A stretch of 64,000 nucleotides of DNA, from positions 279,422 to 343,421 of IMG/VR virus record IMGVR_UViG_3300047160_036266; one strand, written 5' to 3'. Shown in pieces: positions 1 through 8,083 of the stretch (positions are counted from its first letter, which is position 1; each line of letters opens with the position of its first letter). The DNA comes from a virus (taxonomy: Duplodnaviria; Caudoviricetes). The notes under the pieces are model-generated. The model saw nothing but the letters and a program-made list of their open reading frames with translations. It was not told the origin of the DNA and made no database searches. A program made the translations under genes and the position numbers.

Positions 1-173
1 GCGCGCTCTATGAGAGGCACGCCTGCGGTCTTCATCATGGTAAAGACGAAACGATCCTCCAGGGGTATTTCCAAGAAGGCGTTGACCTCACGCTTATGCA
101 CGAAGTTGCCCTTCTCATCCCTGTGGCAACAGACTAGGTTGTACGTTCCGGCATCGAATCCTACTGGCATCAT
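1..173 (-). CDS. Actin-fold (MreB/ParM/FtsA-like) ATPase, N-terminal 57 aa only, runs off the left edge; missing from the ORF track
   Basis: Reverse strand reads MMPVGFDAGTYNLVCCHRDEKGNFVHKREVNAFLEIPLEDRFVFTMMKTAGVPLIER. GFDAGT matches the actin-fold phosphate-1 motif (hhDxGT). The ATG overlaps the upstream stop (ATGA at 170-173). Confidence 0.55.
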   Translation of the reverse strand, partial: MMPVGFDAGTYNLVCCHRDEKGNFVHKREVNAFLEIPLEDRFVFTMMKTAGVPLIER

Positions 174-388
174 TCCTCCTGGTACTTACCGAACTTGATC
201 TTGGACGAGGTAAAATCGGGTATCGCCCATTCTACCTTATCCTCTGGAGTTTCGGGGGAAACGGTCCTTGCCGCTACCTTCACTCCATCGGCGTTGAGGT
301 TGATGTTCAGTTCCAAGACTATGGAAACGGTACACTCACCTTGCTGCGTCACAACCCGGACTTCATGGGGCTTGATAAGCTGTGGCAT
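170..388 (-). CDS. Hypothetical protein (72 aa)
   Basis: ORF fills the gap in the minus-strand operon and is coupled to the downstream start. Confidence 0.7.
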   Translation of the reverse strand: MPQLIKPHEVRVVTQQGECTVSIVLELNINLNADGVKVAARTVSPETPEDKVEWAIPDFTSSKIKFGKYQEE

Positions 389-418
389 ATCAGCTATCTA
401 GCCCGTAATTTCCCCGTT

Positions 419-1381
419 TTAACTGAGTGTGATAGGCCATTTTTGGAACATTCTTTCAAGACCGTTGGCCAGGATGTCCGGCGTCAGTTCGGTTAGACAC
501 GGCTTGAGTACGTCCTTGCACTTGGGGCATTGCGGCCACGCAAAGCAGGGACCACAATCCCAATTGCCATCGTCCCGGTGCTTCTGGACCAGCACGAAAT
601 CGTAATATTTGCCGTAAACCTTGCCGTCAATAAAGGTGAAAATACCCGTCAGCGGCTTCTTCAAACCGCCGGCGCAATGGAAGGTGGACGTATCCACGCT
701 TACCACATAGTCGGCACAGTCAATAACGGCCATCCACTGCTTGTGACCTATATTCCAGATGGTCGAGAAGGGCTTGAGATCGTAGAGCGGACTGTTGTGG
801 AGGCCAACAACGAAGCAGCCTTTTTGGTGGAGGTATTTGGCAACCATCATCATTTGCTGCTTGCTCAAGTTCTTCCCAGCTTGGGCGGAAACGGGTGAGA
901 AGACCACGGTTGGCCCCTTATGCTTGCCTTTAAGCTGCCTGATTTTGTCAATCGCCCAGCGCTTTGCTTCCTGGTCGATGTGCAGGTGCATGTTGTGTTT
1001 GGTAAGAATGACCCCGCAATGGCTGGCCCAGATGTCGCTCCGGTGTTTGTCGGCAAAGGGGGCAACCTGAGCCTCGTAGCGGCCACAGGCCGTAGTGGTG
1101 TTGTAACTAATCAGGTAGTCGTGCAGTCTCACCGTTCGGCAGTTTACTACCTCGTCCACAAAGGGGTGGTTCTCGGAGGCGTGAATATAATCCGGGGGCA
1201 CCGCCCAGACGATCTTGCAACCTGGAAAAACCCGTTTGAAGTCCTCAAACATCATGCGGTGCATCAGGATGTCTCCCAGCCCGCCGCACTCTCGAACAAT
1301 CAACACGGTGTTCCGTTTGTTATAGAAATCGCGTAGGCCCACGGGCGAGGGCGGTTTGGGGTGACGAATCAGCTTGACCAT
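419..1381 (-). CDS. Glycosyltransferase family 9 (heptosyltransferase-like, GT-B fold)
   Basis: N-terminal GGLGDILM and C-terminal VVSVDTSTFHCAGGLKKPLTGIF, matching the GT9 DS/TxxxHxAxAxxxP motif. Confidence 0.85.
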   Translation of the reverse strand: MVKLIRHPKPPSPVGLRDFYNKRNTVLIVRECGGLGDILMHRMMFEDFKRVFPGCKIVWAVPPDYIHASENHPFVDEVVNCRTVRLHDYLISYNTTTACGRYEAQVAPFADKHRSDIWASHCGVILTKHNMHLHIDQEAKRWAIDKIRQLKGKHKGPTVVFSPVSAQAGKNLSKQQMMMVAKYLHQKGCFVVGLHNSPLYDLKPFSTIWNIGHKQWMAVIDCADYVVSVDTSTFHCAGGLKKPLTGIFTFIDGKVYGKYYDFVLVQKHRDDGNWDCGPCFAWPQCPKCKDVLKPCLTELTPDILANGLERMFQKWPITLS

Positions 1382-1386
1382 GCTAT

Positions 1387-1419
1387 AAAAGAGAAGCAGC
1401 CCGGAAATATCCGGGCTGC
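1387..1419 (-). terminator. Rho-independent terminator
   Basis: 10-bp stem GCAGCCCGGA/TCCGGGCTGC with a 4-nt loop, followed by TTCTCTTTT on the minus strand, just after the 1448-2065 gene. Confidence 0.75.
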
Positions 1420-1447
1420 CGGTAGCAAGTTCTGCATGAAGAACTCG

Positions 1448-2065
1448 TTAGCTGTTGCACATGGAGGTCACGGAGGCGAGTACCGACACCGATACGGTGG
1501 TGGCACCGGAAGTGCTGTTGTCGAACTCCAGCTTGCTGACCGTCAAATCGCCAGCGTTGAAGACCTGAGTTACCAGGCCACCTAACGTGAATACCGCATT
1601 GGTATTGCCGTTGAGGCGAACCTTGACGCCGTTCGCGCTGTTGTTGGTCAACTGGACGAACGAGGCCGGGTTGCCATACGTTCCAACGAAGTCGATGACG
1701 TTGGCCGGGGTGCTGTAGCTCGTGCCGCCGACAACATTCAGGTTTTGGGCAACCGGGAAGTTGTTTTCCGGGGCGAAGTCAGAGTAAACGCTACCGTCAT
1801 CCGTTACCACATTGATGAAAGCCTGGTCCAGAGGAACCTGCGGATAGGCAAACCGCTTCCAATAGTTGCAGTCCGTGAAGGTCTGGCCGTCACGGAGCTT
1901 GCGCCAGGTCCGGTTGGGTCCGGTGACATAAATCGTGCGCTGAATCGACGGGTTCATCTGCACGCCCAACTGATCGACGCTCGATGGCACTATTGCCTGC
2001 GTGGTCGGGTTAATGTCCATATAACCCTGGTAGGGGTTGTTCAAAGCCACTTGAAATACGCTCAT
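1448..2065 (-). CDS. Probable virion structural protein (205 aa, Asn/Thr/Val-rich, beta-type)
   Basis: Clean ORF with GGAG RBS; composition resembles the neighbouring virion proteins. Confidence 0.6.
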   Translation of the reverse strand: MSVFQVALNNPYQGYMDINPTTQAIVPSSVDQLGVQMNPSIQRTIYVTGPNRTWRKLRDGQTFTDCNYWKRFAYPQVPLDQAFINVVTDDGSVYSDFAPENNFPVAQNLNVVGGTSYSTPANVIDFVGTYGNPASFVQLTNNSANGVKVRLNGNTNAVFTLGGLVTQVFNAGDLTVSKLEFDNSTSGATTVSVSVLASVTSMCNS

Positions 2066-2109
2066 TGTTCTCCTTGAGTGTGATTCCCTGTCCTGGTCTT
2101 CGGGTGTAT

Positions 2110-2724
2110 CTATGCAGGAAGTTCCAAAACTTCCGCCCTTTCAAACATATTTTGGTACAATTTGGTCCCTAGTCCGGTTGGCACCAGGGCTGTTTGGATA
2201 CCCCTCGCCGCCGCAGCGAACAGAAACTCGTTCTCCACGCCGATGACCCAAGCCGCTCCCTGAAAATTATTGCCAACCTCGACTTCCAGGCCCTCGTCCC
2301 TGGCCAGATGGCGGCAGCGGTCGATCTGTTGTGCAGTCAATGATTTGGTTGGGATGACCCCTTCGGGGCTAATGAGGCAATAGTCGCCTGGGGGCGGCTC
2401 CGGGACACTAATGGAGAGTGGGATTTGCGACTCTTCCATAAGGACTTCGACGGGATGGGATTGCAGGTCGCAGGTGAGGTTGCGGATGTAGGCGAAGTTC
2501 AACTCGTTTTCGCGCAGTTGGCTGTAGGTTAGAACATTGGGATGGCCGTCGAGCAGGTGAAAGACTTCATCCATGCACGCTATATAAACCTGAATGCCCG
2601 GCAACTCTTTCTCGATGTTGGGACGGAGCAGCAATAGTTGAACGAGATATTCGTTTGACCTGCCGAAATAACCAATGCAGTAACGGTCTTTGATCTTCGC
2701 ATAATGCGGTAGGACTACAGCCAT
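2110..2724 (-). CDS. Degenerate GT9-like glycosyltransferase-fold protein
   Basis: Start moved to 2724 (GGAG RBS). LISPEGVIPTKSLTAQQI and AWVIGVENEFLFAAAARGIQTALV align by eye to VFSPVSAQAGKNLSKQQM and DYVVSVDTSTFHCAGGLKKPLTGI of 419-1381. Confidence 0.5.
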   Translation of the reverse strand: MAVVLPHYAKIKDRYCIGYFGRSNEYLVQLLLLRPNIEKELPGIQVYIACMDEVFHLLDGHPNVLTYSQLRENELNFAYIRNLTCDLQSHPVEVLMEESQIPLSISVPEPPPGDYCLISPEGVIPTKSLTAQQIDRCRHLARDEGLEVEVGNNFQGAAWVIGVENEFLFAAAARGIQTALVPTGLGTKLYQNMFERAEVLELPA

Positions 2725-2846
2725 GAACACTCCAGACCACGAGAAAGCCAAATTGGGGGCCGACGCCCTCCATGAATTCTTCAATCAGTTCGGGCCACCC
2801 GACGTTTATAACAGAGTCCTTCTGGAAGAGGTTTTCAGGACGCTTT

Positions 2847-3197
2847 ATGGCAAAGATATATCTGTACCTGGCCCGCAGGGACAAAAAGGGCCTGAAGTTG
2901 GTCAGTGTGCTAGAAGGCCCGCTGACAGCCCCGGTTCGGTTAATGGATGTGAAGCTGCTCAACCTGCCCGGCAACATGGAGCAGGAGATTTCCCGCATCG
3001 TCCATGAAAACCGCATGTATTGGGAGCCGTGGTTGGAAAGTGCCGAGTCTTTTGAAGCTTTGAAAAAGGCAGTACGCAGTCGTGGCTATAGACAGGTGCC
3101 GGCCCACGGCAATCCGTTGTATATGGGTGATAGGTTCAGGAAGCAGGCAACAGTCCCGCCATCTAAACCCGTGCCGTCGATGCTGAGAAGGATTTGA
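2847..3197 (+). CDS. Hypothetical protein (116 aa)
   Basis: Start moved to MAKIYLY (AGGA upstream); fills the gap between two minus-strand genes. Confidence 0.7.
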   Translation: MAKIYLYLARRDKKGLKLVSVLEGPLTAPVRLMDVKLLNLPGNMEQEISRIVHENRMYWEPWLESAESFEALKKAVRSRGYRQVPAHGNPLYMGDRFRKQATVPPSKPVPSMLRRI

Positions 3198-3494
3198 TTA
3201 CAGACCGCCCTTACGCACGAAGAGCCTGGAAATGATAAACCGACCTGCATTAACCTCGATGAGCAACGCCTGCCCGTCCATTTCAACTAGAGTTCCGCCG
3301 TCGCGCTTGAACTCCTTAGCTATCTCGTAAAGCTCGCCTTCCTGGGGTTCGATCTTTTCCAAGAGTTTTTTCAAGCTGATCTTGGATTCGACTTGTGTTC
3401 CCACTTGGTTCCTGCGGGCCTCATGCTCGCTTTGGCTTTCCATCCACTTCTTGAACTCGTTGAGTGAAAAGGATGGTTCTCGGTGTTTAGCCAT
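3198..3494 (-). CDS. Hypothetical protein (98 aa)
   Basis: Start at MAKHREP with a GAGG RBS and an upstream TATATA box. Confidence 0.7.
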   Translation of the reverse strand: MAKHREPSFSLNEFKKWMESQSEHEARRNQVGTQVESKISLKKLLEKIEPQEGELYEIAKEFKRDGGTLVEMDGQALLIEVNAGRFIISRLFVRKGGL

Positions 3495-4326
3495 TTTTGT
3501 CCTCAAAGAAAGTCACAATTTCTTCTGGCCTTATATATGGCGCGTTCTCATATTCTAAACCCGCTGAAGAACTTCTTATCTTGATTTCTTGATCCGAAGT
3601 CTTCAGCCAGTACATACACCCGTCGATGAATCCCTGGCCGATTCGCTGCTGAGGATATTGCCACAAGCCGTTGGGTAGTTGCTCGGCACCGGGCCGCTCC
3701 TCGCTAAATGAATCATCACAGCAGGCCAGAAGGAGTTTCCGAAGGTTGAAACGATAGGCAATACAAATGGCGGCACAGATGGGGTTGCGATAATCGTCAA
3801 TCTGGTATTCTACTTCGTTCCCCTTTGTCCCAGAGTACCGCTCGTCACCCACGGGAAGGTAGCGGTACTTTATGCCACGGTAGCGTTGTAGAAACTCGTG
3901 ATTTGTGCGCACCGACGCTATGCAGCGAGGAAATATGCGGGGCATGAAGTGCAAGCACTCCGGGTAGGGATTGTTGACAACATAATATGCTGGAACCCTG
4001 GCTTCCTGCCATTTCTTGAGGGCGGCATTTACGGCTATGATCGTTACCGATTTGTCCAAGCGTCCAAGTACCTTTTGCACGGCGTTGAAGTGATGGCCGT
4101 CCGACACGATGACGACTTTATCATGACGGAATGTTTCTCTGTCCACCCAAGGGTTCCGGCTCCGGTTGTTAATTGTTTCATTTTGCAATAGGACCGGGTA
4201 ATCTTGTTGCCTGGTCAGATTGTTGATGTCAACGTAAGGCACCAGATGCTTGGTGAAGTTCCTGACCCACATACCTGTAGGCGTCAGCAGGTACTCGTTC
4301 TTGTTGCTGTGTTTCTTGATTATCAT
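3487..4326 (-). CDS. Maf/DUF115 (MptE-like) domain protein, putative glycosyltransferase
   Basis: VVIVSDG, IIAVNAAL, YYVVNNP and NPICAAICIAYRFNLRKLLLACCDDSF follow the DUF115 pattern (hhhGxG, hhAVN, AhxhAxxhGxxxhxLhGxD). Start moved to 4326, 1 nt after the upstream stop. Confidence 0.6.
   Translation of the reverse strand: MIIKKHSNKNEYLLTPTGMWVRNFTKHLVPYVDINNLTRQQDYPVLLQNETINNRSRNPWVDRETFRHDKVVIVSDGHHFNAVQKVLGRLDKSVTIIAVNAALKKWQEARVPAYYVVNNPYPECLHFMPRIFPRCIASVRTNHEFLQRYRGIKYRYLPVGDERYSGTKGNEVEYQIDDYRNPICAAICIAYRFNLRKLLLACCDDSFSEERPGAEQLPNGLWQYPQQRIGQGFIDGCMYWLKTSDQEIKIRSSSAGLEYENAPYIRPEEIVTFFEDKNG
3532..3537 (-). promoter_or_regulatory. Candidate late-promoter TATATA box
   Basis: 37 nt upstream of the 3494 start. 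Confidence 0.4.
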
Positions 4327-4327
4327 G

Positions 4328-7300
4328 TTACTTCTTTGGGCATGGCACGATGGCAACGCAGGCGGGGCCATCCTCGCTGTCTTCCCCTGTCAGCTTCGAT
4401 ACGTCCAGTTGAATCTTCACGTCTATCGGTGCGCCCTTGTAGACCAATTCGACCTCCGGCTTCTCAGGCATCACCAATTGGATGATCGAGGGCACGCTGC
4501 CGATCAACTCGATAACACTTGGCACGCCGGCCACCTGGATAACGTCGGGAATGCCAGAGGCATCCAGGGTGATAACTGTCGGCAGTTCCCTCGGCATCTC
4601 GATGGTTATTACAGTAGGCAGGTTGCCAGAGTCCACCACAATCCGGCTGGGGATGTCCGTCGCCACCACTTCGATGGACTGCGGCAGGTCGTGCTTCAGT
4701 TTGATCTCAGTCGGGATTGGTTCCTTCATCTCGACCTGGATATTTGGAATCTTGGGGGTATCCACCTGGATCATTACCGGAATGTCATGGATCACCCGTA
4801 TGTCTGGTATATGCGGCATGACGATATGGATTTCAGATGGAATACCCAGGCTCTCGGCCACTGCTGTCATAGGAATGCCGCCGAAGCTGTCTTGGAAGTC
4901 CTCGCCAAGCTGGGTGGCCCCGACCATTGAGGCGGCGCTAGGACATTGCACCGTGACAATGCAGGAGATCGTCGGCATTGGTGTTGGGAACGTCACCGAT
5001 ATTGTTGGGGCGTCAGCAAAGCTGATAATTGTCGGTACGGTGGCCGGAGCGAAGGTAATGCTCGTGGGGATGGATACGGGCGTAATCGTGATCTCAGTCG
5101 GCACCGTCACCGGAGCAAAACTGATATACGTCGGCAGTGTCACCGGCGTAAAGGCGATGGTCGTTGCAAAGGTTACGGGCGTTATCTTGATCTCAGTCGG
5201 CACCGTCACTGGAGCAAAGCTGATGTAGGTCGGCACCGTCACCGGAGCAAAGCTGATGTAGCTTGGCAGTGTCACCGGGGCGAAGCTTATGTAGGTCGGT
5301 AGCGTCACCGGCGTAAAGGCGATGGTTGTTGCAAAAGTTACGGGCGTTATCTTGATCTCAGTCGGCACCGTCACCGGAGCAAAACTGATATACGTCGGCA
5401 CCGTCACTGGAGTAAAGCTGATGTAGCTTGGCAGTTCCACCGGGGTAAAGGCGATGGTTGTTGCAAAAGTTACGGGCGTTATCTTGATCTCGGTCGGGAA
5501 TGAGACGGGCGTAATCTTGATCTCGGTCGGCACCGTCACCGGGGCGAAGCTGATATAGGTCGGCACTGTCACCGGCGTAAAGCTGATGTAGCTCGGCAGT
5601 TCCACCGGCGCGAAGCTTATGGCGGTCGGGAACGATACTGGTGTTATCTTGATCTCGGTCGGGAAGGAGACGGGCGTTATCTTGATCTCACTCGGCACTG
5701 TCACCGGGGCGAAGCTGATGATGCTGGCTACTGTCACCGGGGCAAAGCTGATATATGTTGGAACGTCTACCGGGGCGAAACTAATGGCAGTCGGGAACGA
5801 TACCGGGGAAATCTTGATCTCGGTCGGGAACGACACCGGCGATACCTTGATCTCGGTCGGGAACGACACGGGGGTTATCTTGATTTCGGTCGGCACCGTT
5901 ACCGGCGCGAAGCTGATGGTACTCGGCACCGTCACCGGCGCGAAACTGATGGTACTTGGAAACTCTACCGGGGCAAAGCTAATGGCGGTCGGGAACGATA
6001 CCGGCGAAATCTTGATTTCAGTCGGGAACGACACGGGCGTAATCTTGATCTCAGTCGGCACCGTCACCGGCGCAAAGCTGATGTAGCTGGGAACCTCCAC
6101 CGGGGCGAAGCTAATGGTACTCGGCACCGTTATTGGCGCGAAGCTGATGGTACTTGGGAATTCCACCGGGGCGAAGCTGATGGCGGTCGGGAATGATACC
6201 GGGGAAATCTTGATTTCAGTCGGGAACGAGACGGGTGTAATCTTTATCTCGGTCGGCACCGTCACCGGCGCGAAGCTGATGTAAGTAGGAACCTCCACCG
6301 GGGCAAAGCTGATGATACTCGGCACCGTAACTGGCGCAAAGCTGATGTAACTCGGCAATTCTATCGGTGCAAAACTGATGGCGGTCGGGAACGATACCGG
6401 GGATACCTTGATTTCGGTCGGGAACGAAACAGGTGTAATCTTGATCTCGGTCGGCACTGTCACCGGCGCAAAGCTGATGTACGTCGGCACTGTCACCGGA
6501 GCGAAACTGATATACGTCGGCACATCCACCGGCGCGAAGCTAATGGCGGTCGGGAACGAGACGGGCGTAATTCTGATCTCGGTCGGGAACGAGACGGGCG
6601 TAATCTTGATCTCGGTCGGGAACGAGACGGGCGCAATCGTAATCTGAGTTGGGACCGTCACCGGGGCGAAGCTAATGTATGTCGGCACCGTTATCGGTGT
6701 GAAACTAATAACGGACGGCACACACATGGGGGTGAAACTGATGATAGTCGGTATTGCGGGAGGCGCAATTTCGATTATCGGAGGAATGTCCACCGGCGTG
6801 ATGAATATAAACGTCGGAATGTATACCGGCGTAATGCTAATGAACGTCGGGAAGGTTATCGGCGTAAACTCAATCAACGACGGAAAATCAATTGGCCCGA
6901 AAACGATGATGGTCGGTATGTCAATTGGCCCAAAGTTGATGATGGTCGGTATCGTTACGGGGCCGAAGTCGATGATCGACGGTATATCAATCGGCCCGAA
7001 ATCAATCACCGATGGGATCGAAATGTCAATGGGTCCGATGTCGATGGCGGACGGCACTACGATGTCAATGATTGACGGAATGCTGACAGGCCCGAACTCA
7101 ATCAAGCTGGGAATCTCAATCGGCGGCTCGACCACGATGACCGATGGTATGACAATTGGCCCGATGGGGCTGATGTCCAGGCACGGCAACACTATGGGCG
7201 GCGGGATGATTGGGACCGAAGGTACGGCCACGCTTGGGAATACCAGCGGCGGGATGGTCGGGCATTCGGGAATCGGGATTTCAAAGGGCTGTTCTACCGG

Positions 7301-8041
7301 GGGAGTCGGCGGTTCGGAAACATTGCTCCGCTGGTTGGGTGTCTGCGCGATCTGGCATTTGCCATTCGACACGCTGATAATGGGGTCGATATTGGCGCTG
7401 GGTGCATAGTTGTAGGTGCCCACCAGTTGGGAAGTCGTGAACGCCCCGTCACCGAAATCGAGACGGAAATCCGTGTAGGTGCCGGTAATAAGGACGTTAT
7501 ACTGGACGTGCGTGCCGGTCGCCGGGTCCGATGAAAGCACGTCGAACTGAAAGGTAATATCCGGGCACGCGAAGTCGTCAAAGATTACCGGGGTGCCTTG
7601 CAAGTGCCGGATGCGCCAGTCCAGGGTCGGCAGGAGGGTCGTGAAGTTCTCCCCGACGAAGTTCTCGATGTTGAGGACGGCGTTGATTAACTGGTTGTGT
7701 TGTTCGGCTATGACAAAACCACGCACGTCCGTGCCACCGGGGTTAAATTGCGTGGGCTGCCCGCCCAGGTTGCGGCAACAGCGTTTCAGGGTGACGACTT
7801 TGCCGCTGGCGTTCTTATCCACGGCGTCGTAATAGAACATTTCGCCGTTGATGACGGCAAAGCCGTTGTCCGCCCATAAATCTTGGCAATCACCGGCTAC
7901 CGGCCTGATGGGGATTTCAAGGGACCAGGGCTGTGTATCGGCGGTCGTAACGGTTTCGGCGGTGTTATACACCAAGAATAGGGTATAATCACTGTCAATT
8001 CCGAAAGGATAAACCGATTGTGGTGGAAATCCGCTTGGCAA
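4328..8041 (-). CDS. 1237-aa virion fibre-like protein: shared N-domain, PKD/Ig-like domain, ~60 x 11-aa Pro/Ile/Thr/Ser repeats
   Basis: PKD signature FRLDFGDG...GTYNY, then the PTEIKITPVSF/PTYISFAPVTV repeats; TTG start with an upstream TATATA box. Confidence 0.8.
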   Translation of the reverse strand: MPSGFPPQSVYPFGIDSDYTLFLVYNTAETVTTADTQPWSLEIPIRPVAGDCQDLWADNGFAVINGEMFYYDAVDKNASGKVVTLKRCCRNLGGQPTQFNPGGTDVRGFVIAEQHNQLINAVLNIENFVGENFTTLLPTLDWRIRHLQGTPVIFDDFACPDITFQFDVLSSDPATGTHVQYNVLITGTYTDFRLDFGDGAFTTSQLVGTYNYAPSANIDPIISVSNGKCQIAQTPNQRSNVSEPPTPPVEQPFEIPIPECPTIPPLVFPSVAVPSVPIIPPPIVLPCLDISPIGPIVIPSVIVVEPPIEIPSLIEFGPVSIPSIIDIVVPSAIDIGPIDISIPSVIDFGPIDIPSIIDFGPVTIPTIINFGPIDIPTIIVFGPIDFPSLIEFTPITFPTFISITPVYIPTFIFITPVDIPPIIEIAPPAIPTIISFTPMCVPSVISFTPITVPTYISFAPVTVPTQITIAPVSFPTEIKITPVSFPTEIRITPVSFPTAISFAPVDVPTYISFAPVTVPTYISFAPVTVPTEIKITPVSFPTEIKVSPVSFPTAISFAPIELPSYISFAPVTVPSIISFAPVEVPTYISFAPVTVPTEIKITPVSFPTEIKISPVSFPTAISFAPVEFPSTISFAPITVPSTISFAPVEVPSYISFAPVTVPTEIKITPVSFPTEIKISPVSFPTAISFAPVEFPSTISFAPVTVPSTISFAPVTVPTEIKITPVSFPTEIKVSPVSFPTEIKISPVSFPTAISFAPVDVPTYISFAPVTVASIISFAPVTVPSEIKITPVSFPTEIKITPVSFPTAISFAPVELPSYISFTPVTVPTYISFAPVTVPTEIKITPVSFPTEIKITPVTFATTIAFTPVELPSYISFTPVTVPTYISFAPVTVPTEIKITPVTFATTIAFTPVTLPTYISFAPVTLPSYISFAPVTVPTYISFAPVTVPTEIKITPVTFATTIAFTPVTLPTYISFAPVTVPTEITITPVSIPTSITFAPATVPTIISFADAPTISVTFPTPMPTISCIVTVQCPSAASMVGATQLGEDFQDSFGGIPMTAVAESLGIPSEIHIVMPHIPDIRVIHDIPVMIQVDTPKIPNIQVEMKEPIPTEIKLKHDLPQSIEVVATDIPSRIVVDSGNLPTVITIEMPRELPTVITLDASGIPDVIQVAGVPSVIELIGSVPSIIQLVMPEKPEVELVYKGAPIDVKIQLDVSKLTGEDSEDGPACVAIVPCPKK
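5000..7110 (-). repeat. Intragenic 33-bp tandem repeat array (near-exact ~5045-6700, degenerate to ~7110)
   Basis: Recurrent units such as gatctcggtcggcaccgtcaccggcgcgaagct, encoding 11-aa repeats. Confidence 0.95.
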
Positions 8042-8059
8042 AGTAACCCCTCTTTTCCT

Positions 8060-8065
8060 TATATA
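8060..8065 (-). promoter_or_regulatory. Candidate late-promoter TATATA box
   Basis: Intergenic, 18 nt upstream of the 8041 start. Confidence 0.5.
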
Positions 8066-8083
8066 CCTCTCGCAGCAACAGCT

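Noticed and set aside
10-401. Plus-strand ORFs 10-198 and 195-401
   Set aside because: They lie opposite better-supported coupled minus-strand genes
5000-7110. CRISPR array or DGR template/variable repeats
   Set aside because: Units are contiguous with no unique spacers, vary at synonymous positions in one reading frame, and there is no cas or reverse transcriptase gene or adenine-specific variation
4250-7409. Plus-strand ORFs of 90-250 aa over the repeat gene
   Set aside because: Antisense shadows of the codon-biased repeat
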